64,000 nucleotides of DNA from Octopus sinensis (taxonomy: Eukaryota). The position numbers were made by a program, and so were the translations under genes. How positions within the stretch are numbered: the stretch's first letter is position 1; each line of letters begins with the position of its first letter. Below, in pieces: positions 38,713-51,102 of this stretch. The DNA lies in contig NC_043020.1 in the NCBI RefSeq assembly GCF_006345805.1, forward strand, positions 14,508,001 through 14,572,000, given 5' to 3'. Below the pieces are notes generated by a model. That model was not told the origin of the DNA. It did not search any database and saw only the letters and a list, made by a program, of their open reading frames with translations.

Positions 38713-38998
38713 GTAAGTCAGTGGTTTCTGTTTCTTCCAATAACCATACCAACATAGGATGCTGGTTTTATACCTTTTAGATATAAGTTCTAACATCTCT
38801 TATGATTTTTGCCCTCTTTTAATTAGTATTTCTAATTCAAACATTGTAAGCAACCATCCAAATATTAATTAGTGGCTAAGAGATTATGATTTTTGGGCAA
38901 GTAGAACATTAAATTGTGGAATCCGTACTGTAAAATGGTTTGTAATAGAAATGGCGCAAGTTTAAAAAAATTAACTTCACAGAAAAATATTACATTAA

Positions 38999-39218
38999 CC
39001 CTTTCGTTACTGTATTTATCTTGAGAATCTCTGTTCTTCTTTCAATTACTTTAAATATAACAAAGAATTTAGTAAAATAACTTAGTTATCATTCGGCTAG
39101 TGTTAAGAACATAAATTGTGACAAAGGTTTGGTGAAAGATTTTAGTTCAAAACTTTTGAAAACAAGACATTTGTACTCAGAGCCAGAGCCAGTTTCAGCC
39201 GGATTGGTAACGAAAGGG
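38999..39218. mobile_element. TTAA-flanked MITE
   Basis: TTAA|CCCTTTCGTTAC...GTAACGAAAGGG|TTAA. Confidence 0.85.
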
Positions 39219-39606
39219 TTAACAGTAACAGAGTTAATTTGTTTTCTCTGCTTGTGTATCAGATGATAGTTTGGAACAAGAAGTGAAATCCATCCAACCC
39301 ATGACAACATGGAAAAACACATAAAGTAATGGATGTAGATTCTTTGCTCTGTACCTTGTTTTGTATTTTCTTAATATAATCTGTTTCTCTGTTTACCTCA
39401 GTTTTTTCTGGTTCACATTAGATATCAGATTAGATATCACCTTAACCCTTTAGCATTTAAACCACCCATATCCGGTCAAAATATTCTACCTGTTATATGT
39501 TCAAACCAGCCGGATTTGGCTTCTTACACCTACCCTATAATGTCATTCTAAAAATATATAAAAACATGAAAATTTCAAAGCTATGAGATAATGTATGATT
39601 AATTCA

Positions 39607-39873
39607 GGCTGCCAGCCTCGTCTGGCTTCCGTGCCGGTGCTACATAAAAAGGACCAACCGTTCTTGGCTGTTGCCAGCCTCCCCTGGCACCTGTGCAGGT
39701 GGCATGTAAAAAGCACCAATACACTCACAGAGTGGTTGGCGTTAGGAAGGGCATCCAGCTGTAGAAACACTGCCAGATCTGACTGGGCCTGGTGCAGCCT
39801 TTGGGCTTCCCAGACCCCAGTTAAACCGTCCAACCCATGCTAGCATGGAAAGCGGACGTTAAACGATGATGAT
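39607..39873 (+). mobile_element. 5'-truncated family D retroposon flanked by a 179-bp direct duplication
   Basis: 39428-39606 is repeated at 39874-40052 with ~9 mismatches. Confidence 0.85.
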
Positions 39874-40617
39874 GATTAGATATCACCTTAACCCTTTAGC
39901 ATTTAAACCACCCATATCCGGTCAAAATATCCTGCCTGTTGTATGTTCAAACCAGCTGGATTTGGCCTATTACACCTACCCTATAATGTCTTTCTAAAAA
40001 TATATAAAAACATTGAAATTTCAAAGCTATGAGATAATGTATGATTAATTCAAAACAATATTAATAAATTAGCACTACATTTGACGAGATATCTGAATGC
40101 TAATGGGTTAAAAGTGAAGTAGTAGGACAAGTATTCAATTGAAGCCCATCCCCTTCTCACCGTGGTGGGGACGCTAGCAATGGGTAGTGTCAGAGCTATG
40201 CCGTTGGGAACTTGGGTTCCTGGTAGGGCCACCCAAGGCGGATTGGTCTGACACCGAGTGGTATTAGGGCCACAACCCGGCAGACGGGGCTCTGGTGAAA
40301 ATCCTTGGAGTATCTGTTTCGGCAACCGGCGGCTCCTCAGTCATTCTGTCCCTGCGTCTGCAGCAAACAGGATGTCTCTACATGCGGGATTGTTGGGGAC
40401 TGCTTGTGAAATTCACATATTCCCACGAAACTTCTTCCAAAATAGAAGCCGACGACTCAAGCCGCCCAGGGTGAATGTTGCCACAAGTACAAGTAAGCAT
40501 TCAATTATAAACATACCTTCTCTGATGTCTCATAGTATGCAAACATCTAAATTTATTTTAAAAATTGTTTCTGTCTGTGTATACTAACAGAACATTAGAT
40601 ATAAATTTAAAACTTAG

Positions 40618-40830
40618 TAAGGTGGAGAGCTGGCAGAATCGTTAGCACACCGGGAAAAATGCTTACCTGTATTTCGTCCACCTTTGTGTTCTGATTTAAA
40701 ATTCCCCTGAGGTCAACTTTGCCTTTTATCCTTTCATAGTTGATGAGATAAGTACCAGTTATGCACTGGGGTCAATGTAATTGACTAGCCCCCTCCCCCC
40801 AAAGTTTCAGGCCTTATGCCTGTAGTAAAT
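40618..40830 (+). mobile_element. SINE family C, older copy
   Basis: aaggtggagagctggcagaatcgttagcac head. Confidence 0.75.
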
Positions 40831-40837
40831 AATAATA

Positions 40838-41120
40838 ATAATAATGAAGTTATTGTATACAGTGCTCAGGTGCACCACAACTTGTCAAAAGTGCGTATAA
40901 AGCATATGCAGTAATGTACAAATGTCTGGAAAGCGAACAATGTATGAGTCAGATACATGCTTGCGTATGTATGGAGGGGAGAAAATCAGGTGTAGTGTTG
41001 ACGAATCTCAGAAAGCATGGAAGTTTTGAAGGATGCAGTGCTCCGACAACTAACAACTGATGCCGGCAGTTTGTTCCATGCTTCAGCAACTCTCAGCATG
41101 AAAAAATGTTTCCGAAAGTC
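40838..41120 (-). mobile_element. CR1-type LINE 3' end (second family)
   Basis: Reverse complement of 61460-61743; (ATT)n tail. Confidence 0.8.
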
Positions 41121-41196
41121 ATGGGATTATTTAAAACTTAATCACTTGAAGGGTTAAACTAGCATTTATAAATGTCTTCTCTTTTCTTTATTGTAG

Positions 41197-41240
41197 ATGC
41201 AAACCAAGCTGTTGAATTCCTTGAGAAGATTAAAGAAAAG
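41197..41240 (+). CDS. PSMD13: PSMD13 exon 5
   Basis: (D)ANQAVEFLEKIKEK; 44 nt. Confidence 0.94.
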
Positions 41241-42103
41241 GTATTTTTGTTTTTGTTGTTTTTAACGAGTGAGTTTGCTAATGTTTATTTTGTAAATGTG
41301 ATGTAATATGGTAATAAAACACTGGAAGTGTGAAATGAGAAGTGCAATAATTAATGCTATCATTAACATTCTGCCTTATTAACCTTTTTATTACTATATT
41401 TCTGTTTAAATACACTGCCTTTGTTTGAATTAATTTTGAAAATAATGAATAATTTAGTAGAATAACTGTTTCTTAATTATGTTGGAATTTGGAACAACTA
41501 AATTTTAGAAATTAACTTTTTATGTCTAGCTCAGATAGTACTTATAAATATGTTGATATTGGCTGGGGAAATTTCATCAGAAATTGGTTGAAAGAGAAAG
41601 AGTCTAAAGCTGAAGTAGATACAATAGCCTCTGTCTCTTTATCTCCAGAGATAATATTCCAAATAATTTGGTATGATGTAAGTGGAAGTAGAATTAAAAT
41701 TTTGGTTGTTGGTTTGAACCAAAGATCTTGTAATCTCAGTGTCTTAACCATATTGTTTCCACTTTATAGCTGATAATGGATAGACCCACCTAAGTAAGAT
41801 ATTGAATTCTTTTGGAGAGTATTCAGGTAATAAGCTACAAAGACTTCACAGGTAGGGTGACATAGGAGAGAGGTTGCATGGAAATAAACTGATTTATAAC
41901 TGAAAAGTCAGACAGTTATACTGATTTCTACTGACGATAATTTTTTAAACCCGTTTCTTTAAATTTAAAGTAGATGCCTCCATTACATAAGCAACAACTT
42001 TTTTAATGGATATTTTGCATCATTAAACCATTTACTGTTCTTTTGTGGTCTATCTCCATACATTTCTTCCAGCTTTGAGTGACTAAACTACTAGAAATAA
42101 ACA

Positions 42104-42600
42104 TCATCATCATCGTTTAACGTCCGTTTTCCATGCTAGCATGGGTTGGACGGTTCGACCGGCATCTGGGAAGCCAGGAGGCTGCACCAGGCTCCAATCT
42201 GATCTGGCAGTGTTTCTACAGCTGGATGCCCTTCCTAACGCCAACCACTCTGTGAGTGTAGTGGGTGCTTTTTATGTGCCACCAGCACAGGTGCCAGGGG
42301 AGGCTGGCATCGGCCACATATGGATGGTGCTTTTTAGGTGCCAGGGTTGGCTGGCGATAACCACGAACGGATGGTGCTTTTTACGTGCCACCGGCATGGG
42401 TGCCAGGGGAGGCTGGCATTATCCACGATTGGTTGGTGATTTTTAAGTGCCAACAACACGGAAGCCAGTCAAGGCGGCGCTGGCATCGGCCACATATGGA
42501 TGGTGCTTTTTAGGTGCCAGGGTTGGCTGGCAACAGCCACGAACGGATGGTGCTTTTTACGTGCCACCAGCACAGAAGCCAGTCAAGGTGGCACTGGCAA
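42104..42600 (-). mobile_element. Family D retroposon with internally duplicated units
   Basis: (CAT)n tail plus repeated units. Confidence 0.85.
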
Positions 42601-43315
42601 TATTAATCAAACCAATTTGGTAAAAACTACTACTTTGGTTGAATTTAAATTCTAATACTATAATATTAATTAAGATTCGGCTTAATTTTCTAACAGTGAC
42701 GTCCTTTTTAAAATTTAAATTTGTTAAATCTGACAATGAGGTATTATGACTGAGTAATTGTTAGGTTTCTTATTAATAATGGACCATGAGGTCAAAGGTT
42801 ATTTCTAATACTCGATTGGCATTTTTTCTTTAGTATATTTAGCAGGAATATAGCATCTCTCACTGTATTATCCTGTTGTAAACCACCTGCTCCAAGAATG
42901 TATTCAAACCTTTCATTCTTAATAAGGAAATGGCAATTATGAAAAAAAAAAAAAAAACTACTGAATTATTTTAGATTGTTTCCCCTTTTAGCTGTTTCTG
43001 ACAAAACTCGCCCACCTCAATATTTGTAGTCGGCTACTAAATGATATTGAGAGACTATTTCACTCAGAAGCATGTTGTTATTTAGTAAAGATGGGAGGGT
43101 GTGGTTTGGGAGAGATTTCATTGTTATTTCTAACAGATCTAATGATTACACAGAAGGTCTGTTACTGGTTCATCAGCCTTTCTTAGTTTGTGAAGGATAT
43201 TGAGATGTCTGCAACCAAGTTGCTGAGAACTGTATGTGTAGGTCTGTGTATGTCTGTGTATATTTTTGTGTTAATTCTCCTGATTTTCACATTACAATCC
43301 TTCTTTCTTGTTCAG

Positions 43316-43402
43316 ATTAAAAGTAATGAAGAAGCAAAAATCTTAGTGTTAACCACCATTGCCACTTTAAAATTAAAAAGTGATAAACTTGATGATACAA
43401 AG
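43316..43402 (+). CDS. PSMD13: PSMD13 exon 6
   Basis: IKSNEEAKILVLTTIATLKLKSDKLDDTK; 87 nt. Confidence 0.94.
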
Positions 43403-43511
43403 GTGAGTTTGTTATGAGGAATTTTTTTTTGTTGAATAGTTTAACATCACATTTTAAAACTTCGCGTTGCAAATATTTTTCCTGTTATTGTCTGAATTCA
43501 GTTATCACTCT

Positions 43512-43714
43512 ACTCTTTTTACTTGTTTCAGTCATTTGACTGCGGCCATGCTGGAGCACAGCCTTTAGTCGTGCAAATTGACCCCGGGACTTATTCTTTG
43601 TAAGCCCAGTACTTATTCTATCGGTCTCTTTTGCCGAACCGCTAAGTGACGGGGACGTAAACACACCAGCATCGGCTGTCAAGCAATGCTAGGGGGACAA
43701 ACACAGACACACAA

Positions 43715-43747
<33 letters not shown>

Positions 43748-43920
43748 CATATATACGACAGGCTTCTTTCAGTTTCCGTCTACCAAATCCAATCACAAAG
43801 CATTGGTCGGCCCGGGGCTATAGCAGAAGACACTTGTCCAAGATGCCATGCAGTGGGACTGAACCCGGAACCATGTGGTTGGTTAGCAAGCTACTTACCA
43901 CACAGCCACTCCTGCGCCTA
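43512..43920 (-). mobile_element. SINE family A
   Basis: Colinear with the other family A copies. Confidence 0.9.
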
Positions 43921-43957
43921 TGTATAATTCTATATGTTTTTAAAAACTAGAGCAACT

Positions 43958-44700
43958 TCATCATCATTAACATTTAACGTCTGTTTTTCATGTTGGCATG
44001 GGTTGGAGGGCTTGACAGGAACTGGCACCATGTTCCATTGTCTGTTTTGGCTTAGTTTCTATGGCTCGGTGCCCTTCCTAACACCGACCACTTTACAGAG
44101 TCTACTGGGTGCCTTTTATATGGCACCATCACCAGTGCCTTTTACGTGGCACCTTACTTTCAGGATCTCAATTCTATTGTGGCGGGTAGGTCTTATTGAG
44201 TACAGCAATGCACCACATATCTCAGTCCTCTGTCATTTCCCTCATAAGGCTCAGTGTTTTGAGAGGGTACTGGGTGCTTGTAACATGGCACTGGCACAGT
44301 TGTTTTTACATAGCATCAGCAGGGGCACTTTTGTGGTACAAACACCCATGAGCCCTCAATCATCATCATCGTTTAGCGTCCGTTTTCCATGCTAGCATGG
44401 GTTGGACGGTTCTACTGGGGTCTGGGAAGCCAGAAGGCTTCATCAGGCCCAGTCAAATCTGGCAGTGTTTCTATGGCTGGATGCCCTTCCTAACGCCAAC
44501 CACTTGTGGGAGTGTAGTGGTAGTGGGAGTGTAGTGGGTGCTTTTTATGTGCCACCCGCACAGGTGCCAGACAGAGCTGGCGAACGGACACGAACGGATT
44601 GTGCTTTTTACGTGCCACCGGCACGAGGCCAGTCGGGGCAGCGCTGGCAACGGTCGCGAAACGGAAGGTTCTCTTACATGCCACCGGCACTGGTAACACA
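43958..44700 (-). mobile_element. Two adjacent family D retroposons (43958-44330 and 44357-44700)
   Basis: Two (CAT)n tails, each followed by the family motif. Confidence 0.75.
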
Positions 44701-45023
44701 TCTGCAATTTCCATTGATCGATTTCGATTCTGATCCTCACTTGCCTCAACAGGTCTTCACAAGTAGAGTTTCGACATGCCACCGGCACTGGTAACACATC
44801 TGCAATTTCCATTGATTGATTTCGATTCTGATCCTCACTTGCCTCAACATGTCTTCACAAGTAGAGTTTCGACATGCCACCGGCACTGGTAACACATCTG
44901 CAATTTCCATTGATTGATTTCGATTCTGATCCTCACTTGCCTCAACAGGTCTTCACAAGTAGAGTTTCGACCTGGCACTGGTAACACATCTGCAATTTCC
45001 ATTGATCGATTTCGATTCTGATC
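44677..45023. repeat. 98-bp tandem repeat, ~3.5 copies
   Basis: catgccaccggcactggtaacacatc at 44677, 44775 and 44873, then a partial copy. Confidence 0.92.
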
Positions 45024-45166
45024 AATAAAAACTGTATATTTCATTACTGTCATACTGGTGCCTTTTATTTGTTATTCTATTTTTGGATGGATTAAATTTC
45101 TGAAATTTCAATGTTTTATTCTCAGTTTTGACCTTGCTGTCTGTCGTCCCCTTTGTTCTTCCTCAG

Positions 45167-45338
45167 AAAATCATAGAAGAAGCTCGAGAACTGCTAGAAG
45201 GATTAGATGGCGTTACCTCAGTCCATGGACGTTTCTATAACTTATCAAGCTCTTATTTGCACATCATTCACAGCCATGCTCCATATTACAAAGATGCTTT
45301 ACGCTTTTTGGGCTGCACTGACATGGAAGATATTCCTG
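45167..45338 (+). CDS. PSMD13: PSMD13 exon 7
   Basis: [24 protein letters not shown]...[18 protein letters not shown]; 172 nt. Confidence 0.98.
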
Positions 45339-45758
45339 GTTAGTATTCTTGTTAATGAATTTTTAAAGTAATTCTATTTCTGCTGTTACTGTTTAACTCC
45401 CTGTCAACACTGATAGAGCATGTAGAACTATGATCAAAGGCCGTTCCAACCACGACCATGCCATCTGCAATTATGACTCCCAGGACATCGTCCACTGTAA
45501 CTCTTAATAAAACATTCGGATGTGGTTTGAGAAATATTTGGCTGCTATTTCTAGCAGGTTCAGCATCCATATAGAAGTTCCTCATTGGCTTCATTTATTT
45601 TGTTATTTCCATGGCGCAGCTGTAGTCTGGTCCAGTCTGGTCCAATCCAGCTGGATCCAGTCCGAAATGATTCAAGATATTGTAACTGTTGACCCTTCTC
45701 AACTTATGATTCTTCTGCCAGCAAGGATTTCTATATTTGATCATTTAACTTTTAGTAA

Positions 45759-46602
45759 TCTTTATATATAAAAGTGAAGTTGTGTGAGTGTCTAACTCCT
45801 ACGATTTAGATTCCTAACTACTCCCACATTTTGCGGTGCAGTTTAACCAAAAGCGGGTATCTTATAGTCGTGATTCATACTTAGCCCTTCTGGGTATTAG
45901 CGCGCGTCTACGATTTAAAAAAAAATTACCATTTTTAATGCATTTTTTGGCTATTATATAAGGGAAATAACTCTCTAAAAATGCTTATGTAGTTATTTCC
46001 CTTACAAACCCGAGCAACGCCGGGTGATACTGCTAGTCTTTATATATAAAAGTGAAGTTGTGTGAGTGTCTGTCTCCTACAATTTAGATTCCTAACTACT
46101 CCACATTTTGCGGTGCAGTTTAACCAAAAGCGGGTATCTTATAGTCGTGATTCATACTTAGCCCTTCTGGGTATTAGCGCGCGTCTACGATTTAAAAAAA
46201 AATTACCATTTTTAATGCATTTTTTGGCTATTATATAAGGGAAATAACTCTCTAAAAATGCTTATGTAGTTATTTCCCTTACAAACCCGAGCAACGCCGG
46301 GTGATACTGCTAGTCTTTATATATAAAAGTGAAGTTGTGTGAGTGTCTGTCTCCTACAATTTAGATTCCTAACTACTCCCACATTTTGCAGTGCAGTTTA
46401 ACCAAAAGCGGGTATCTTATAGTCGTGATTCATACTGAGCCCTTCTGGGTATTAGCGCGTGTCTATGATGAGTCTACGATTTAAAAAAAAATTACCATTT
46501 TTAATGCATTTTTTGGCTATTATATAAGGGAAGTAACTCTCTAAAAAGGCTTATATAGTTATTTCCCTTACAAACCTGAGCAACGCCGGACAATACTGCT
46601 AG
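45759..46602 (+). mobile_element. Head-to-tail trimer of a non-autonomous Helitron (278, 277 and 289 bp)
   Basis: A|TC...hairpin CTAG|TC...CTAG|TC...CTAG|T. Confidence 0.92.
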
Positions 46603-46878
46603 TTAATTATATTTTTTGATGAGGTACAATACATTTTTCTTTTTATAAAAGGATCAATTGAATTAGTCACAATTACTAATCTCAAAAAAGTTTGGACTGT
46701 GTAATACTTATCTTCTTTCTTGATATCTCAAATTCTGCTCCACCGTTCTATAATGCATACAAAATCAACCCCTGGAATGGAAAAACCTTAAAATTCCAAG
46801 GTAAATCTATTCCAAAGTTGACACGTTTATGTGTGATGTCATGTTTAGACAGTAATTATGAATGATTTCACCTTTCAG

Positions 46879-46958
46879 TTGATGAAAAGCAACAAAGAGC
46901 ATACCAGCTGGGTATTTCTGCCCTCCTTGGAGATGGTGTTTATAATTTTGGAGAATTG
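46879..46958 (+). CDS. PSMD13: PSMD13 exon 8
   Basis: (V)[26 protein letters not shown]; 80 nt. Confidence 0.98.
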
Positions 46959-46981
46959 GTAAGTTAATTGTCCCCTACCTT

Positions 46982-47700
46982 TCATCATCATCATTGTTTA
47001 ACATCCATCATTCTTGCATTATTGGATAGGACAGTTGACAGGAACTGGCCAGGTAGAAAAACTACTCTAGGCTAACTGTGTCTGTTTCAGCAGAGTTTTT
47101 ACAACTTGATGCCCTTCTTAATGCCAACCACTCTGCAAAGTGGACTCAGTGCTTTGTATGTGGTACTAGCACAGGCGAGGTTAGTTTTGGCGTGATTTTT
47201 ACAGCTGGATGCCCTTACAAATGCAAACCAATTCACAGTGCTTTTTACATGGCACCAGTACAGGCAGGGCCACCAAGTAACTTGCAAGACAAGGAATTAT
47301 GAGAAGGGGAACTTGTGTTAGGGGATGCAAGGTTAAAGTGTGATCAAGAGACAGAAACAGGTGTCATGCTATAATGGAGGGGGCATTGGAGGAGGTGATC
47401 CCGTATCAGATGATGAAAGGTTCGAGTGTGACAGAAAAAGGGAGACAGAAATAGGTGTCTTACTGGATGCCCTTACAAATGCCAACCACTTTACAGTGCT
47501 TTTTACATGGCACCAGTACTGGCAGAGCCACCAAGTACCTTGCAAGACAATGAATTATGAAAGTGGTAGGAGCATTTGGGGAGGGGAACTTGTGTCAGGG
47601 GATGAAAGGTTAGAGTATGACAAAGAGACAGAGGAGCAGAAACAAATGTCTTGCTATAGAGGAGGTACATGGTTAGCCAGTGAGGTACAAGAAAGAATAA
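46982..47700 (-). mobile_element. Older family D-related retroposon with ~260-bp internal duplication
   Basis: ctggatgcccttacaaatg block at ~47204 and ~47463. Confidence 0.6.
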
Positions 47701-47884
47701 AATATCTTCAAGTGGAGAAAATAACCATAATATTTTCTACCCTTGGCACAAAACCCAGAATTTTGGAGTGAGGTGGTATTCATCAATTGCATCAACCACA
47801 GTATTTGACTAGTACTTAATTTATTAACCCTGAGAGGATGAAAGGCAAAGTTAACCTTGGTGGAATTTGAATTCAGAATTTACA

Positions 47885-48832
47885 TTCATCATCGTCGTCG
47901 TTTAGTGTCCGCTTTCCATGGGTTGGACGGTTCAACTGGGTCTGGGAGGCCAGAAGGCTGCACCAGGCCCAGTCTGATCTGGCAATGTCTCTACGGCTGG
48001 ATGCCCTTCCTAATGCCAACCACTCCATGAGTGCAGTGGGTGCTTTTTACGTGCCACCGGCACAGGTGCCAGGCGAGGCTGGCAACGGCCACGAACGGAT
48101 GGTGCTACGTGCCACCGGCACGGGGGCTAGACGAGGCTGGCAAATGGCCATGATCGGATGGTGCTTTTTACGTGCCACCAGCACAGAGGCCAGGCGAGGC
48201 TGGCAAACGGTCACGATCGGATGGTGCTTTTTACGTGCCACCAGCACAAAGGCCAGGCGAGGCTGGCAAACGGTCACGATCGGATGGTGCTTTTTACGTG
48301 CCACCAGCACAGAGGCCAGGCGAGGCTGGCAAACGGTCACGATCGGATGGTGCTTTTTACGTGCCACCAGCACAGAGGCCAGGCGAGGCTGGCAAACGGT
48401 CACGATCGGATGGTGCTTTTTACGTGCCACCAGCACAAAGGCCAGGCGAGGCTGGCAAACGGTCACGATCGGATGGTGCTTTTTACGTGCCACCAGCACA
48501 AAGGCCAGGCGAGGCTGGCAAACGGTCACGATCGGATGGTGCTTTTTACGTGCCACCAGCACAGAGGCCAGGCGAGGCTGGCAAACGGTCACGATCGGAT
48601 GGTGCTTTTTACGTGCCACCAGCAAGAGGCCAGGCGAGGCTGGCAAACGGTCACGATCGGATGGTGCTTTTTACGTGCCACAGCACAGAGGCCAGGCGAG
48701 GCTGGCAAACGGTCACGATCGGATGGTGCTTTTTACGTGCCACCAGCACAGAGGCCAGGCGAGGCTGGCAAACGGTCACGATCGGATGGTGCTTTTTACG
48801 TGCCACCAGCACAAAGGCCAGGCGAGGCTGGC
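47885..48832 (-). mobile_element. Family D retroposon carrying an expanded 63-bp minisatellite
   Basis: (CAT/CGT)n tail followed by ~11.5 near-identical 63-bp units (48106-48832). Confidence 0.9.
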
Positions 48833-49576
48833 ACTGAATTCAAATTCCACCAAGGTTAACTAGCCAGAAGAAAAGCTGTTAAGCAGTTTGCTCAGCGGGC
48901 TAATGGTTCCGTGAGTTTCTTGCTGTAATAATAATAATAATAATAATAATGATGTCCTCAGTCAAACCGTCCAACCCATGCCAGCATGGAAAGCGGACGT
49001 TAAATGATGATGATGATGATGATGATGGACCCTCCTGTATGAATGTTCAGCTTTTGCCAAATGATCTACACAAATGATTTGCTTATATTGATCAAATGTA
49101 TGTGCTGCTCATTAGCTCCCTCTTCCCATCAAATTGACATTACCTGAATAGGTGTATTGTGTACCACACATCAGGTGGGTGTTGAAGTGATGACAGAGCA
49201 ACCTGAGATGAAGTGTTATGCTCAAAAACACAATGCACCACCCAGTCTAGGTATTGAAACCACAACCTTGCAATCTTGAGTGCAACACCCTAACTACTAG
49301 GCCATAATAATAATAAGGAACCTAAAAACTGATGGAAACTTGAGTGATAATCAACAATTGTTTTCACAGTGATAGTAGTAGTAGTAGTAGTAGTAGAAGC
49401 AGCAGCAGCAGCAACTGCTACATCATCAGAAGTGCCTTTACTGCAACAAGCCCTGTTATTCTGAATCCTCTGGCAACAGAAATGATTTTAGATTTTCTCA
49501 GACTCTGTTATTTCATTTTGGCAAATAATTTTGAATAAAGCCGAACTGCAAGCCAACCCAGTCTGCAATGAAGATA

Positions 49577-49797
49577 TATTTCTTTATTGCCCACAAGGGG
49601 CTAAACATAGAGGGGACAGACAAAGGGATTAAGTCAATTACATAGACCCCAGTGCGTAACTGGTACTTATTTAATCAACCCCGAAAGGATGAAAGGCAAA
49701 GTCGACCTCGGCGGAATTTGAACTCAGAACGTAACGGCAGACGAAATGCGGCTACGCATTTCGCCCGGCGTGCTAACGTTTCTGCCAGCTCGCCGCA
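49577..49797 (-). mobile_element. SINE family C
   Basis: Colinear with 3430-3665. Confidence 0.85.
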
Positions 49798-49945
49798 TTA
49801 TCCCAAAGAAAATACTGTCTTTGGTAAATCTATGAAAATCACCTCCTTTCTTCTCCTCTTCAATCACTATTACAAAGTTACATTTTTCTGTTTGTCTTCT
49901 GCCTTAGATCCATTAAGAATTCTCTTATTTTTATTTTTATCCTAG

Positions 49946-50071
49946 TTGGCTCACCCTATTGTAAACAGCCTTACTGGTACCAACAGAGAATGGCTAGTAC
50001 AACTGTTATACGCTTTTAATAGTGGCAACCTTTCTAAATTTGATAGCCTAAAGACACATTGGGCTGCAGTG
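49946..50071 (+). CDS. PSMD13: PSMD13 exon 9
   Basis: LAHPIVNSLTGTNREWLVQLLYAFNSGNLSKFDSLKTHWAAV; 126 nt. Confidence 0.98.
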
Positions 50072-50149
50072 GTAAGTAGATTTTTTTTCTTTTCATGTGA
50101 TGCCTTCTTTCATGACTTTGCCTTTCAGTAAACCTAACAGTGTCTAAAG

Positions 50150-50368
50150 CAGTGCTTTTCAAACTTTTTGCTGGAGCAGAACCCCAAGGAAACATTCCAC
50201 TGGCTCGAGGAACCCCTGTGCAATACTTTAATAGTCTTATGCACACATATCTGCACAGGAGAATTAAAAATTACTGCCGATTTTAGCAGTTTTGTAACTT
50301 CTTGCGGAACCCCTGGAATGTACTGGTGGAACCCTAAGGTTCTGCGGAACCCTGGTTGAAAACCACTG
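50150..50368. mobile_element. hAT (Charlie/Buster-type) MITE
   Basis: CAGTGCTTTTCAA...TTGAAAACCACTG with perfect 8-bp TSD GTCTAAAG at 50142-50149 and 50369-50376. Confidence 0.9.
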
Positions 50369-50451
50369 GTCTAAAGTATAATGAGTCAGCTTGTGAATGA
50401 ATCTCATTCACCCTTTAGCATTCAGATTACTCTTTCAAATGTTATCTCTTT

Positions 50452-50856
50452 CTCTTTTACTTGTTTCAGTCATTTGACTGCGGCCATGCTGGAGCACCGC
50501 CTTTAATCGAGCAACTCGACTCCAGGACTTATTCTTTGTAAGCCCAGTACTTATTCTATCGGTCTCTTTTGCCGAACCGCCAAGTGACGGTGACATAAAC
50601 ACACCAGCATCGGTTGTCAATCAATGCTAGTGGGACAAACACAGACACACAAACATACATGCTCACACATATATATACATATATATATACGACGGGCTTC
50701 TTTCAGTTTCCGTCTACCAAATCCACCCTCGCAAGGCTTTGGTCTGCCCGAGGTTATAGCAGAAGACACTTGCCCAGGGTGCCACGCAGTGGGAATGAAC
50801 TCGGAACCATGTGGTTGGTAAACAAGCTACTTACCACATAGCCACTCCTGCGCCTA
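50452..50856 (-). mobile_element. SINE family A inserted in a TTAA-MITE (~50410-51047)
   Basis: MITE sequence resumes after the SINE and ends ctaaagggtta. Confidence 0.85.
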
Positions 50857-51102
50857 TATGCTTATTTATTCACACTGTTTTGAATTCAATCATTTATTAT
50901 TGTGTAGCTTTGAAATTTCAGTGATGTGATTGTTTGTTTTTAGAATGATATTGTAGAGTAGACGTGAGGAACAGTATCTGGGCCACTTTGAACATAAAAC
51001 ATGTGGAATACTTGGGCCTGATATGGTCAGTTTGTATGCTAAAGGGTTATAGAAGTCTACCTAATGAATTTTAACCCCTGTAAGATGTCCAGGTCAATCT
51101 CA

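Noticed and set aside
40140-40200. HDV-like ribozyme (cccat...cccc...gggg...caatggg)
   Set aside because: L3 is too long and there is no P1 partner, so the fold cannot be completed.
48106-48832. CRISPR-like appearance of the 63-bp, 98-bp (44677) and 28-bp (35722) arrays
   Set aside because: The units are contiguous with no unique spacers, there are no cas genes, and the context is eukaryotic intron.
47985-48863. Longest ORFs in the track (292, 233, 221 and 199 aa, in several frames)
   Set aside because: They are 21-aa periodic translations of a stop-free 63-bp minisatellite inside a retroposon in an intron, not a gene.
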